A stretch of 41,705 bases of DNA from Parasteatoda tepidariorum (lineage: Eukaryota), in contig NC_092214.1 in assembly GCF_043381705.1 (NCBI RefSeq), positions 2,654,579-2,696,283 on the forward strand, in the 5' to 3' direction. Below the pieces are notes generated by a model, which searched no databases, was not told where the DNA came from, and was given only the letters and a program-made list of their open reading frames with translations. A program made the translations under genes and the position numbers. Within the stretch, counting starts at the first letter, position 1. Each line of letters begins with the position of its first letter. Positions 10,451 to 22,367 of the stretch are shown here, piece by piece.

Positions 10451-12207
10451 GTAAGTTTATAATTATATATTTTAAGGCTAATTAATTAATTACTAGGCAT
10501 TATTTAAATTTAAACAATAATAAACCATTTACTATTATTAATTATATATTTCAGACACATTATTAACATTTAAATGAAATTATTTTAATTTTACTAATAT
10601 TTTTAACAGGATTACTAATTTTCTGATGTAATCTTTTCAATATGAAAAGGAGCTTTATTTTTTATGTTTTTTCTCTTTATTTTTTAAAAATATTTTAATT
10701 TTTAAGAAAGTGTATTTATAACTTCTGGTGATTATGTGGAAAGTTAATGTGTGCGAGCTATTAACACTTAAATCAATTTTTTTCTAGCCAACCACAGCAG
10801 AGACTTTATTTACAGTATTATGTCATCTCAAAATCCGTTCATTATTATTGTTTGTTTTCAATCATTATTTTGTAACTAATTTTATGTAAAGAGCATGGAA
10901 AAGTACACATATTTAAAATTTAATTTATTTGCCACATTATAAAAGTACAATATATATATAATTTAATTTTCTAAGCTGTATTCAGCTTCGCACAATAATG
11001 TTTAATATCTGTGTCTCTCAGACTTGATTGCAATGAATTAATATGCGTGTAATACAATACACAGAGATGACACAAAGTTAGACTGGTGGGTAAAACTTTT
11101 TCCTTTATATAAAGCAATAAATTAGATAAAAAAAATTCTAACAATAGTAACAAAACACCAGTAGGTAAATTTTAATAGTAGAAAAATATGACGAAATTGT
11201 AATTCAACATTTTCTTCCCAAGTTCTAGGTAAAATAAGTGATTCTGTTGATATCTTTTCTTCTCCCTGGTTGTTCAGATAACATTAATTCATTGCCAAAA
11301 TATAACTTATTATAATAAACATGGAAAGATCACTTAAATACTTGAGTTTACAAATCTCAAAAGAAAAAAACAAACAATTCCAAACAATGTGTAACAACTA
11401 GTTGACTTTTTAAATCGAAAGTTACTACATGGCATTTTTGTAACTTTGAAAAAAAAGTTTGATGAAATTCCAAACCACTAACCATGTGACAAATCACAAT
11501 TGAAAACGGACAACAATATGCATTTTAATAAAATATGGCAGCAGTATATAAGTTTATAAAATCTCTAAAATATTATTAATTGTAATGTTATAAAAATAAA
11601 TCAAAGTAGGAAGAAAGATAGTCTGAAGCAGTAAATAGAAGCTTGTTTGGAAATAGAAGACATCTGACTGTTCCTGATTGTTTGTAAAGTCATTCTACCT
11701 GTAGAACTTGAAAATTGTGGATATTTTGAGGCCCTCGATGCCTCAGGTATACAAACAGACCTATTACGTTCTGGTAAATAATTAACTAATAATTAGTAAA
11801 TTCTAGTAAATGATTAGTTAGCTAATAAATAATTTTTTTAATTAACCTTTTAAATACAAAGTTACTTTAGTTAAAACTAAAATGTTTGCAAGTTTATTAC
11901 AAACTAAGTCATTATTTAACTAAGTAACAAGCAATCTTAGTTAATTCCTGAGTTAGATATTTGGTTACCTAGCAATTTGTTGTTTCTTTGTAACTAAAAT
12001 AAAGCTATTAAGTAAATGGGTATTTTACTTATTAATTTTTAAATTAGTAACTAAAAAACTAACTAACTTTAAAAATCACTGATTACTGAATAAGCAGTAT
12101 TGAAATTTAAGTATTCAAGTAACTATTCGTTTTTTATTTATTTTTAGACTGCAGTTGCTTTTATATTGTTGTTATTTTGTGAATACACGCATATAGGTAT
12201 AGATATG

Positions 12208-13113
12208 CAGGGTGTTTATAAAGTCCCGAACCCATTTTGATGTTTAATAACTCATAAAATAATAAAGATAGATTAAAATTAATAACATAAATGGTTAGAT
12301 AGACTCAAAAAGTTTCATGACCCTTGTCAATGAACTTCCACGTGTGCCCCCTTCATCACAAGGAGAATATCAAGTCGATAGTCAATTTCATGCCAGGTAG
12401 CGGCAAGCATGTCGGCATCCACAGAGGCTATTGCTGTTGTAATTATGGCTTTTAGGTCATCAATGTTCAACACGATCCTCCTGTAAACATTGTCCTTTAT
12501 AAATCCCCAAAGAAAAAGTTCAGCGGCTTTATATCAGGTGATCTGGATGGCCAAGAAATTGGACCTCCTCGCCTACAGAAAAGACGGTCTCATCAGTCAT
12601 ACACTTAGACACGGTGGAAAACTTCGTTTTTCCACAACTAGAAGAGCTTCAGCCACATGTCTTTTTGCAACAAGATAGTGCACCATCTCATTGGGGTATC
12701 ATCGTTCGTAGTTCTTTGGATGACCATTTTCTAGGAAGATGGATTGGGCGAGGAGGTCCAATTCCTTGGCCACCCAGATCACCTGATATAACGCCGCTGG
12801 ACTTTTTTCTTTGGGGATTTATAAAGGACAATGTTTACAGGAGGATCGTGTCGCACATTGATGACCTAAAAACCAGAATTACAACCGCAATAGCCTCTGT
12901 GGATGCCGACATGCTTGCCGCTACCTGGCGTGAAATTGACTATCAACTTGATATTCTCCATGCGATGAAGGGGGCACACGTGGAAGTTCATTGACAAGGG
13001 TCATGAAACTTTTTGAGTCTATCTAACCATTTATGTTATTAATTTTAATCTATCTTTATTATTTTATGAGTTATTAAACATCAAAATGGGTCCGGGACTT
13101 TATACACACCCTG
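12208..13113 (+). mobile_element. Foldback (near-palindromic) derivative of a mariner/Tc1-superfamily element. Two inverted arms of ~390 bp each (12208-~12600 and ~12710-13113) are built from the 3' end of the transposase gene plus the TIR. Only a ~100-bp unique centre separates them.
   Basis: Terminal 30 bp cagggtgtttataaagtcccgaaccc pairs with the reverse complement of gggtccgggactttatacacaccctg. Internal arm segments (e.g. 12393-12421 against 12900-12928, and 12478-12573 against 12749-12845) are reverse complements at roughly 90-95% identity. Confidence 0.75.
12614..12994 (+). pseudogene. C-terminal transposase fragment of the foldback element (Tc1/mariner superfamily), containing the 2nd and 3rd catalytic-region motifs.
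   Basis: Reads FLQQDSAPSHW ... GRGGPIPWPPRSPDITPLDFFLWGFIKDNVY. The QQDxAPxH and PPRSPDxTPLDFFLWG motifs resemble those of insect mariner-like transposases, from memory. The N-terminal two thirds of the gene are absent. Confidence 0.7.
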
Positions 13114-14778
13114 TATATTTAATAAATCAAATAAGAATTCAAAGCTACAATCAAAAGAAAAAATAGCTGCTAAATCACCAATTTCTTTGAGGTACTAATC
13201 TGGGTTATCAAATTAGAAGTTAAAATGGGTTAAGTATCAATATAAAATTTTCCATTCTAATTATTTTGTTTTAAGTACCTTTTAGCACTATCAGTTTTTC
13301 AATGAAATTTAACTTATACATCCTTTAAATGAAAATATTCTACTAAACTTACTTACATATACTGTACTATGCGTAGTAAATCTCAAACTTGTATATGGTT
13401 TAATAGAGTAAAAAAATTAAATCTAATTTGTTCATTATTTTCATTTTCTATCGATATGTACTACTAGAAGGAGTTATTTCCTCATTTGTGTTCTGATCAA
13501 TGGTCTTACGAAATCTTAGGCATAAATGCATGAAAAAAAGATAGCTCTTCAGACTTTATATACTTACCAATTTAATCATTATCTCAAAGTCACATATTTT
13601 TCAAAAATATAATAGTATAAAAAATAAAAAACAAAAATAAATATAATTGTTAGTTTAATTTTAAATAATTCCATAGTGAAAATCCCTGTAGTGTTTTCTG
13701 TTAAAGTTATCTCTATAATACTCATACAAAACAAATTGTGGGCTAATTGATGAGACTGTAGTGGAAAATGTAGCTGTGGGAAACAAATTACAGGGTAACC
13801 AAAAAAATAATGGAGGTGTTAGTGATTGTGCAAATTTTTGCTTTTTAATTCAAGTTTTTTTACTATCAGAATGTTTGCTTTCTTAGTTTTATATAAGACA
13901 GTTTTACGTTTTGAAAAGAAACCATGTACATTCTAACTTTAGATTTCTCAGGCCATATACATTCTAATTTTTTATTTTGAGATATTGCATTGAAAATATA
14001 ATGAATAATAACGATGAAAAGAATACAACTGACATATAAAATTTTTTTTCAGTTTTATCAGTCTTTAGAAAAAATTCATTTAATAACTGAATACCCTATT
14101 GGGAATAATCTAACAAAATGCATTTCTCCATTTTATAATTCTTGATAAAATAAAAAAAAAATGAGCTGACAATATTTTTTAGTTTTCAAAAATTTCTGGG
14201 AGATTAAAAAAACTGGGTAGAACAATCGCATTCACCAAACATTTATTGAAAAGAAAGTGAATTTATGTCTGAAATTTTGGTGATACATGACTTGAAAGTC
14301 GGTAGTCATAATGATAAGTTTTTTGCTGTTTGTATATTTTATCAAGAACTTTTATAGTTTTGGCTATTTTTATAGTTTTTTTTAATTTTCTGTATTTTTT
14401 ATCACAATTCCTTTAACTTATCTCTCTCTTTTATGAAAAATCTGAAAATTAATCTAACATTAGTGTTAAAATCAACTTTGTGGCTTTTAGTGAGATTCTA
14501 ATGAATTTTGTGTCATAGATTGAAAAGTAGTTTTAACATGTTAATTTCTAAACATCTTTAAAAAAATATTTATTAATTCTGCAGTTTAATCTGAAATTAT
14601 TACATCTTTCGAAACATAACATTATTGATTTAAATAGAGTTTTAAATTGTGTAAATATGCTTTTGTTTATAAGAATTATAATTAAATATTATTTATATTA
14701 TCAGAATTTCTGCACAAATATTTAACCCAATATCTTCTGTTATATTTGCTTATGAACTAGTTTGCTTTATTATTTCAG

Positions 14779-14932
14779 ACATCCAGAATTAACACAACAA
14801 CAAGCATATAATGAACCAACCGGATCTCATGTGAAAATAGATGTTGGTGATATCAAATCTTTAATAATTGCTTGTGTCTCTGAACCTATTGTGTCTGATC
14901 ACAGGCTATCTACACTTAATGGCTTTATACAG
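14779..14932 (+). CDS. Host gene exon reading HPELTQQQAYNEPTGSHVKIDVGDIKSLIIACVSEPIVSDHRLSTLNGFIQ.
   Basis: Acceptor tattatttcAG at 14777-14778 and donor CAG|GTTAAGT at 14933. The frame is open. Confidence 0.55.
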
Positions 14933-16488
14933 GTTAAGTACCATAATTTCTTTATTTATTTAATTGTTATCCTTGTATTTTATATTAAATTGCTCTAATT
15001 AAAAGATGGTATAACACAAAATTTTATGAAATGCAATGTACCAACTTTTATTGTTTGTGTTATGAAGATCTTCTCTATATATCAAAATAATCATTGAGTT
15101 AATAAGAGAAACACAAAAATAAAGTGAAGACTGAAAGAATTATTAATTTTGGTTATTAAAAAAAAGCTATTGACATGAATTTAGAGAGGTCATTTAAAAA
15201 GAAGAGAGTAGGTTAAAACAGATCATTATTTGTTTATTTATTATCAAATGCTAGTTGCTTGGCCACTAGGCCATTAGACTATGACCTCTCTAATGTTTCT
15301 CCACTTGACTAGAGAAAGCAGATAGTGCAGGGCACTTGTCCAAATGCAAAACTGAAAAGTCATACAAAGAGAACATGTAGGAGGGTCAAAAATTTTTAAA
15401 CAAAAAATTTGGGCACAAAGACAATCAGGTCTTATCAAGAGTCTAACAGTTGCAACTGCAGCTACATAAGGTGATTCAAGAACAAGTTATGGTTTAGGAA
15501 GGAGTACATTCCAAGATCTTCCCATTTAAATGTATAATGTTGTTTCACAGAGAAAACACTTTGAAGTCATAGCAATTTCCAAATTAAATTAATGGAATCC
15601 TAAAATTCCGGTAGGTTTCTGGGGAATTAAAGATTAATTTGAAACAACATCATTTTTCATTTAAATTAAAATGTAATTTTTTTACATTCTATAATTGTAT
15701 TTTATATCGATTGCGGGTCTGTCAACTTCCTATGGTTTTTAGAAAAATTTCTTCTAGTGGTAGCTAAATTTACATTTTAATATATGATTCTTTGTTCTGT
15801 AAAACTGATTTTAAAGTTATTTTCCATACCACAAAATGTAAATATTTCAAAAGATCATATGAAAGGCAACTTTGTTCCAGATTTCTTGTGGTGAAACTTT
15901 TAAAATTTCGGAAAAATTACCAATTATTCTGAAAGCTTTGGTTTTTAGTGAGCAACCACTCTAAAAATTATTTTTCAAATAGTGTAGTAGTTAGCAACCC
16001 TGTATGAGTAGAAGTAGTTATTATCTGTAACTAAATTATATTTCAAGTATATATCTATAAACTTCCATTTTTGTCAGATTGAAACATTTTTTTTTAATTC
16101 TGTAAAAGTTAAGTAATTTAATAAAAATGATTTTATAACCCTTTACAACTGGATGTAATTTGGAAGTACTTATTTCTCTCATATAAAATACTCAAAATGT
16201 AAAAATTGGTGAAAACTAATTCAATACGAGAGGATTAATCTAAGAAATAAAAAATAACCAATGCCCACTAGAAAACTTTAATAATTTTAAAATCTATGTT
16301 TATGTTTGCTATGACTATTTTAAAAATTAAAATGGTTGACAAGAGAGGAACATTTTTTATAGTTTAGACATGCTTTGAAACATGTATATATTACCACTTT
16401 TTATATATTATACCTAACCCGCACAATGGTACAGGTTTGGCCATAAAAGGATTAAAAAAATTTAATATATTTTAAATATCCATTTCAG

Positions 16489-16585
16489 CCTATTACTGCA
16501 GTTTCTTATGAAGAGTCGAGAAGAATCGCTGTTTTAGGAAGTAAAGATGGATATCTGAAAATACTTGATTACTCATCTAAAAGAG
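16489..16585 (+). CDS. Host gene exon (PITAVSYEESRRIAVLGSKDGYLKILDYSSKR), a WD40-like blade segment.
   Basis: Acceptor ccatttcAG at 16487-16488 and donor AAGAG|GTAATA at 16586. The ...AVLGSKDGYLKILD sequence is a WD40-repeat signature. Confidence 0.55.
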
Positions 16586-17637
16586 TAATAAATTTTATTT
16601 TAAATGCATATCTATAAATAATGTGTGATTGTAAAATGATGAACCAGGTAAAATTAATTACCAAAATAGAAAAGAGAAAGAAAAATTAATATTATAAAAT
16701 TTAAACCCTGACAAATTAAATATGTTAAGAACATTTTATTCCGCTTAATATAATATTGAACAATAAGCATAATACTGAATAATAATTGATTTCACGAAAT
16801 AAACTGAAATTAATTTTTGTAGCAGAAATCAAGTTATTAATAAGATAGCAGCAATATTTATTTAGTTAATTAAAACATGAAAACGATTTCAGCTCAGCGA
16901 TTGACAACAAAACATAGAATATATGACTCACCTCGAAATTAATATAGCTAATCATAATAGCTATCAAAACATAGCAATTAATCCTTGAAACATCTTTTGG
17001 GAGTTGTTCCCGAGAGAAAATATTCTAAGCATCTACAACACATCAAACTCGTAATTAACTCACGCCCTGGCGAAAAAACAAGGTAAAGGTACAGGAAAAA
17101 ATTTAATATTGCGCTGTCCTACACAAATTTAAGATAGTGCTGACATCTCTGAATTAGAATTAAAACTAAAATAAACTAGATTCAATGAACTAATGTTGCT
17201 ATCTTTTAAAAAGTTACAATTAAGTTTAAAACACTAAATTTAAATTGAAAATTAAATATTAATGAAAAAAATATTACCTAATCAATGATAAATTTTTAAA
17301 ACTAAACACCTATTATATTTTTAAAATACAGTAGAGCCCCGATTATCCGAATTAATGTGGACCAAGACTAACTCGGATAACCGAAAAACTCGGTAAAAGC
17401 GAAAAATGTAAATTAAGATAAATCCTGTAGGTTTAAATGTATATTTTAACAAATACAAAGGTTATACAGATACACCACATGCAATTCATATTTTTACGAT
17501 AATTAAAGAATTCTTACTTAAAAAAGTCCTTAATTGTTTTTTGCATAACTTTACTTTGGCATTTTTCTGCAGCAATGTTTCGCCATTTTTTTAAAGATAA
17601 CAGGATTGCTGGTGTTGCTTCTTCTTGTTCTATGTAT

Positions 17638-18435
17638 TCAATAGCACTTTCGATAGCTTTTAATCCATCTGTATGTGAAAATATATCGATTTTCATCCTC
17701 ACTGTCTTCATCACTAGATTCCTTTTCCTTATTCACAGTATTGATGATCATTTCATCCGTAATTTCTTGTTGTTCGTCAGCATTTATCCAGTCACGTATA
17801 TCCTCTTCGTTTATTGGCTCAGCTAGTGGCAGTTTAATGACTAAATCCAAAAGCTCATCACTACATTCATTGGACTTTCCGTGATGTTCTGTACTCTGTG
17901 TATCAATAATTTTCCTCAACAACTTTTTTATGGTGTCTGATTTTACTTCATCCCATGCCTCAGCTATCCAGTAGACAGCATCCTTTACATTTAAACTTTT
18001 AATTGTCTCAGGAACACTTTTATTTTCCTCAATTCCTTCAATAAGAAATTTTAGTAATTTCTTTCGATAATTTCTCTTCATGTTCTCCAAAACACCTTGA
18101 TCTAAAGGCTGAATAAGTGATGTGACATTGGGCGGCAAAAAAAGAACTTTAATGTTGCCACTCGCCAATTCATCATCATTCGGATGACATGGAGCATTGT
18201 CAAGCATTAATATTGCTTTCCTTGGAAGATTTTGATTTTTTAAGAATGTCTCTACGTTAGGAACGAATTCATCAAAAAACCATTTTTTGAGCAAATCCGC
18301 ATCCATCCAAGAACTTTTTTGATTTTTGTAATACACTGGTAAACTTGGAATATGAATGTTCTTAAATGCTCTAGGTTTTTTCGACTTGCCAATCAACATT
18401 ATCTTAGTTTTAGGTTTCCAGATGCATTCAAACAT
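17638..18435 (-). pseudogene. pogo/Tigger DDE_1 catalytic domain and C-terminal tail (265 aa), which ends in an acidic stretch.
   Basis: Reads LDNAPCHPNDDELASGNIKVLFLPPNVTSLIQPLDQGVLENMKRNYRKKLL, the hallmark DDE_1 motif of pogo/Tigger/CENP-B-like proteins. This frame overlaps the upstream ORF 18399-18587, which indicates a frameshift. Confidence 0.8.
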
Positions 18436-18540
18436 GCTAATATTGTTACCCTTTCTTTACTTATCTTGTACCCCGGAGCTGACCTTTCATTCTTTGCCGC
18501 AAGAGTTTTTGAAGGCAACATTCTAAAGTTAAGTCCTGTT

Positions 18541-18831
18541 TCATCGCAATTGAAAAGTTTCTCCATTTTCAGATTTTTTTTTTGCAATGAGATTTTTAAA
18601 ACTTTCTTTGAATTTAATCACCTCCTCACAGTCAACTGATAATTTTTCTCCCGATATATTTAATTGACGAATTCCATATCTCTTTTTCCAACAATCCAAC
18701 CATCCACTTCTAGCAGTGAAATCTTCTCCAGCATAAAGAAGTTTATTAAAGTCCAATGCTTTTGCTTGTAGCATAAGCCCTGATATGGGACTTCCCTTTT
18801 CTCTCAATTTCGGATGTTTTTTCAAATTCAC
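18541..18831 (-). pseudogene. pogo transposase second HTH (HTH_Tnp_Tc5 / CENP-B-like) segment. It is in a different frame from the neighbouring pieces.
   Basis: Reads FTARSGWLDCWKKRYGIRQLNISGEKLSVD, matching the conserved F.AS.GWL..FK.RHGI motif of pogo/Tigger transposases. Confidence 0.7.
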
Positions 18832-18877
18832 ACTTTTTCATTATTTTTCGTAAACTGCAATTAGCCTTTTCTGCACT

Positions 18878-19144
18878 TCATATTTCTATTTCATTTCTCT
18901 TCCTTTTCCAGTCGCCAACAGTAACAGCTCCTACTCCGAGAACTCTCGCTACTTTCCTTATTGATTCACCTTTATCTAATCTTTGAATTGCTTCTAATTT
19001 TGTTTCTAAAGAAGCAACAACTCGCTTTCTCTTTTTGCTACTCATTTCGAATCTGTAGAATTGACTGAATGTAGCCACTGTACTTTTTCCCGCAAAACAA
19101 TTTCCCGATTCCAGGGAGGGAATCATGTGACCAGTCGAAACCAT
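18878..19144 (-). pseudogene. pogo transposase N-terminal psq/CENP-B-type HTH segment (MSSKKRKRVVASLETKLEAIQRLDKGESIRKVARVLGVGAVTVGDWKRKRNEIE).
   Basis: Shows the classic CENPB-N/psq helix-turn-helix pattern (K.R..L....K...I...E.G.S...VA...GV...TV..W.K.R). Confidence 0.75.
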
Positions 19145-21995
19145 TTGGTAGTAAGGGGGGATGGGTCATTTGACTAGACAACGAAAACAATTCAGCATAC
19201 TCTCTTTCGTTTCATGCTTCTCTTTTTGAACCCTGAAACTGAGAAGAAGACCAGCCCTCATAGGCCCCCATGTAAACCTGTTCCGGAGGCAACGGTTACC
19301 TCCATCAAGGTGGGGAAGTATTGCTAGGAAAACAACCTGCCTCCTTACAGAGGGTCCCTCCGTCCTTACCCCGTAAGCAACCCCATTCCTCTCCGCTAAT
19401 GTAAACAGATAATAAAAAGTGACTCAAACCCCGTCTGCTTTTGTTCTTTACAGACTTCTATGGTTTTGAAAAAGGTTTGCTTATTAAGCAAGGAAAATAT
19501 TCACTTGTGACGAATTCATTAAAAGATAAATATAATTTATTATTTTAACTTAGGTGTATAATTTAAACAGATATCCGTCACTTAAAGATGTCACTTTAAA
19601 GATGGCGAAAAATTTGTTGTTAAACAAGTTTAGAGACGCTATGATGGATGAAAGATCTGCGCATGCGTCAGCTCAAAAAACCTTGGTGCGTTTCTTGTCA
19701 TACAGAGTGACATTGCTGGCCCTTGCTACGTATAGGAGAAGCTAGCTGAGTGTCGCAATATTCTTCTTTCAAAAGATGGGGAGGGGTGGAGCGGTGCGTG
19801 ATACAATGCAAAGTAAGCGGAGTAGTGCTGATGGATTTTGTTTTCCTGAGTGTTTGTGAGATCAAGTTCAGAATTTTTTTCGGTAGTTTAAAAAAGTAGG
19901 AAATGTAGAAGCAAAGCCAAAAAAAAAACTTACAGATATTTGACAGCTTGGTTAAAGTGGAGACTCGGATAATCGGGGCTCGGATAACCGGGGTTTTACT
20001 GTTACTGTTTTTCTTATACTTGGAGGAAAACTAATTTTAAATTAACTCTAACAAAAATTAATTTTCTTGTTCTCAGAGGAAAATTAATTAATTTTAAAGT
20101 ACCTTTAAAAAGTTTCAAAGAGAAATATAACAAATTTTTTTAATATCTGAAATTACTTGTTAATAATTTTTTTTTTACTAGTTATGTATTTTTTTTCAGA
20201 ATCGACAATTAAAATTATGAGTTAATGCAAATTTAAATAAATGTAAGCTCAAATTTCCTAATATATCATTATTTATTTATGCGATGAATAATCATAAAGC
20301 CTTTTGTAAATGAAACAATAAGTAAATATTTTTTTTAAAGTTTCAAACCATTGGAGATTTCCAAAAATTGGGCCTACTATTTTTAATGCTGTCTTATGTA
20401 TAGCCTTTTTGTTAAAAGAAATGTTCTTGTTATGTTCACAAAGAATACCTGAATCTCTGACATAAACCTCATTGTAACTTATGATATCATTACTTAATCT
20501 TAGATGAATTGATTATGCAGTTTGTTAGGCAAAACAGGAATCCAACTTATGTGATAAACTATTTTATTGGTGAATCACAGCGTTTCTTAAATTATAACTA
20601 ATAAAAAATTTTAATAAGAGAAATTCAGTCTCCGAAAAAAACACATTAGAATTAATTGTGGCTAAAAGTTTTTAAACAATTGTTGTTCTGGAAATATTAA
20701 TCTTAACCTTGCTATAAGTATTAAAATTATGTTTTTTAGCCGTTCTTATGACGCCTACTTAAAATATTTTAATAAACTTATGTCAAAAGTAGTCTTATAC
20801 ATTATTGGCAATCAAAATGGGCTACAGGTGGCATAGAGCAGAATTCTCTACCTATGGCAACCCTTAGTATGCTTTCACCATTAGCGTGTGGAGAGTCATA
20901 TGAGAAAAAAACGTGTTAGTTTCTGTCTTGATTTTCAAATAGGTTAAAAACTTTTAAGTTAGGAACTATATGGAACTGAAAACTACATTCAACATGGATC
21001 TAAAATGAAAACATGGAAATTTTAAAAAAATAATTTTGACAGGTAAAAACGAAAAACATTAGGAAACGGAAAAATATCGTAGTACATTTCTATACAACTG
21101 AAAAGAGAAGGAAAGGGAAGGGGAGGATCAATACATGGAACCAGTCTTCTCCCCAGATAGCTTATTCAAGCATTGCGATCGTGAATATTTTACTATAAAT
21201 TTGTGTATTCAACTCTTATATAAAACAAATGTAACTCATTTTTCTCACAAATTATAATATATCTTCAAATTTGATGTAAATTTAATGCAAAGTAATGTTT
21301 TAATTTCTTTCTGTTTTTTTTAATATCTGTTGCACTGTTTTGTATTGGATAGAGAATCAATTTTAAATGCTATATTTTTAACTATATTGGTAAATGCATG
21401 AAACTTAATCGTTTGATTTCTTTACTTACAAGTTATATAAAAACCAGACACTGTATTTAAGGGGAAAATTATAGACAATAAATTAGCAGCATTTATTTGT
21501 TATTAATGGCATTAATTTTTTGTTTGTTTGTTTTATACTCTCACAGTAATTTCTTTAGTGTAATTTGCTATAATATGGATCAGAAAGCATAATAATAATT
21601 CATAAAAATCTATATAATGTATAGATTTGTTTTGAAATTGTTGCATGATTGAAATGAAAATGCTAGGCCATGCTTGACATCTTAATATTTAATTTCTTTG
21701 TTTATTTCTTGTTGTTAGTCATATTACTCTCAATTGTAATTACCTTTTCATGTCTGTTTTATTCCTTACTGTATAACGTGTATCTGGCTTATAAATCTAT
21801 TTATCTTAATTTTCTACGAAAAAAATATATCTTATTAGAATGTGAAATTTGGTGTTTTCCTTTTACTTTGACAACTTGGTTTCAAATTTTAAAGTTAGTT
21901 TAATATTGTTTTTATCTGTGTGACAAGATAATCAATATTTCCTAAAAATATTTTTCATTCATCATTATACTATTTTAAATAATGTTTGTATTTAG

Positions 21996-22120
21996 GTCAT
22001 ACGAAATCTCAAAAGCCACACATCAGCCATAACATTTGTTTGTTTTGGTGGAAAAAGTAGAATCTGCACAGCCTCAAATGATACAACCTTAAATATTTGG
22101 AGTAGTGAAGATTACAGTTT
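21996..22120 (+). CDS. Host gene exon encoding a WD40 repeat (VIRNLKSHTSAITFVCFGGKSRICTASNDTTLNIWSSEDYS).
   Basis: Acceptor tgtatttAG at 21994-21995 and donor TTT|GTATGT at 22121. The SH...I......G..I.T.S.D.T..IW pattern is a WD40 repeat. Confidence 0.55.
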
Positions 22121-22342
22121 GTATGTTACATTTTGAATTAGTTTAAAAGAAAATCGTAATTTCTAATTTTTTTCCTTTTGAATATTATGTAATGATACTT
22201 TCTTATTTAAACATAAAAATGTACTAACCTATTTCCTATTATGTTTACACAGAGAAAGTTTATTTATAAGTAAATTGTTTAAAACTTCACTATATATCTT
22301 AAATTAAATAAATATAATTGATTTGCATATGTATGAATAAAC

Positions 22343-22367
22343 TCTCTCTCTCTCTCTCTCTCAAATA
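22343..22367. repeat. (CT)11 microsatellite.
   Basis: Reads actctctctctctctctctctctca. Confidence 0.8.

Larger units (their letters stand above)
17329..20001 (-). mobile_element. pogo/Tigger-family DNA transposon (~2.67 kb) on the - strand, bounded by TIRs starting cagta(g/a)a(g/a)cccc. Its transposase is split by at least two frameshifts.
   Basis: The 5' end at 17329 is cagtagagccccgattatccg. The 3' end at 19981-20001 is cggataaccggggttttactg, whose reverse complement is cagtaaaaccccggttatccg. The element encloses psq/CENP-B HTH and DDE_1 transposase ORFs on the - strand. Confidence 0.85.

Noticed and set aside
12490-12678. 62-aa + strand ORF in the foldback element's left arm
   Set aside because: It lies in the antisense copy of the transposase C-terminal region created by the inverted duplication. 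It is not an independent gene.
17575-17884. + strand ORFs 17575-17826 and 17675-17884
   Set aside because: Antisense to the pogo DDE_1 coding region, Ser/Phe-rich and low-complexity.
21670-21903. 77-aa ORF (MLDILIFNFFVYFLLLVILL...)
   Set aside because: Extremely AT-rich and hydrophobic low-complexity translation, typical of intronic sequence.
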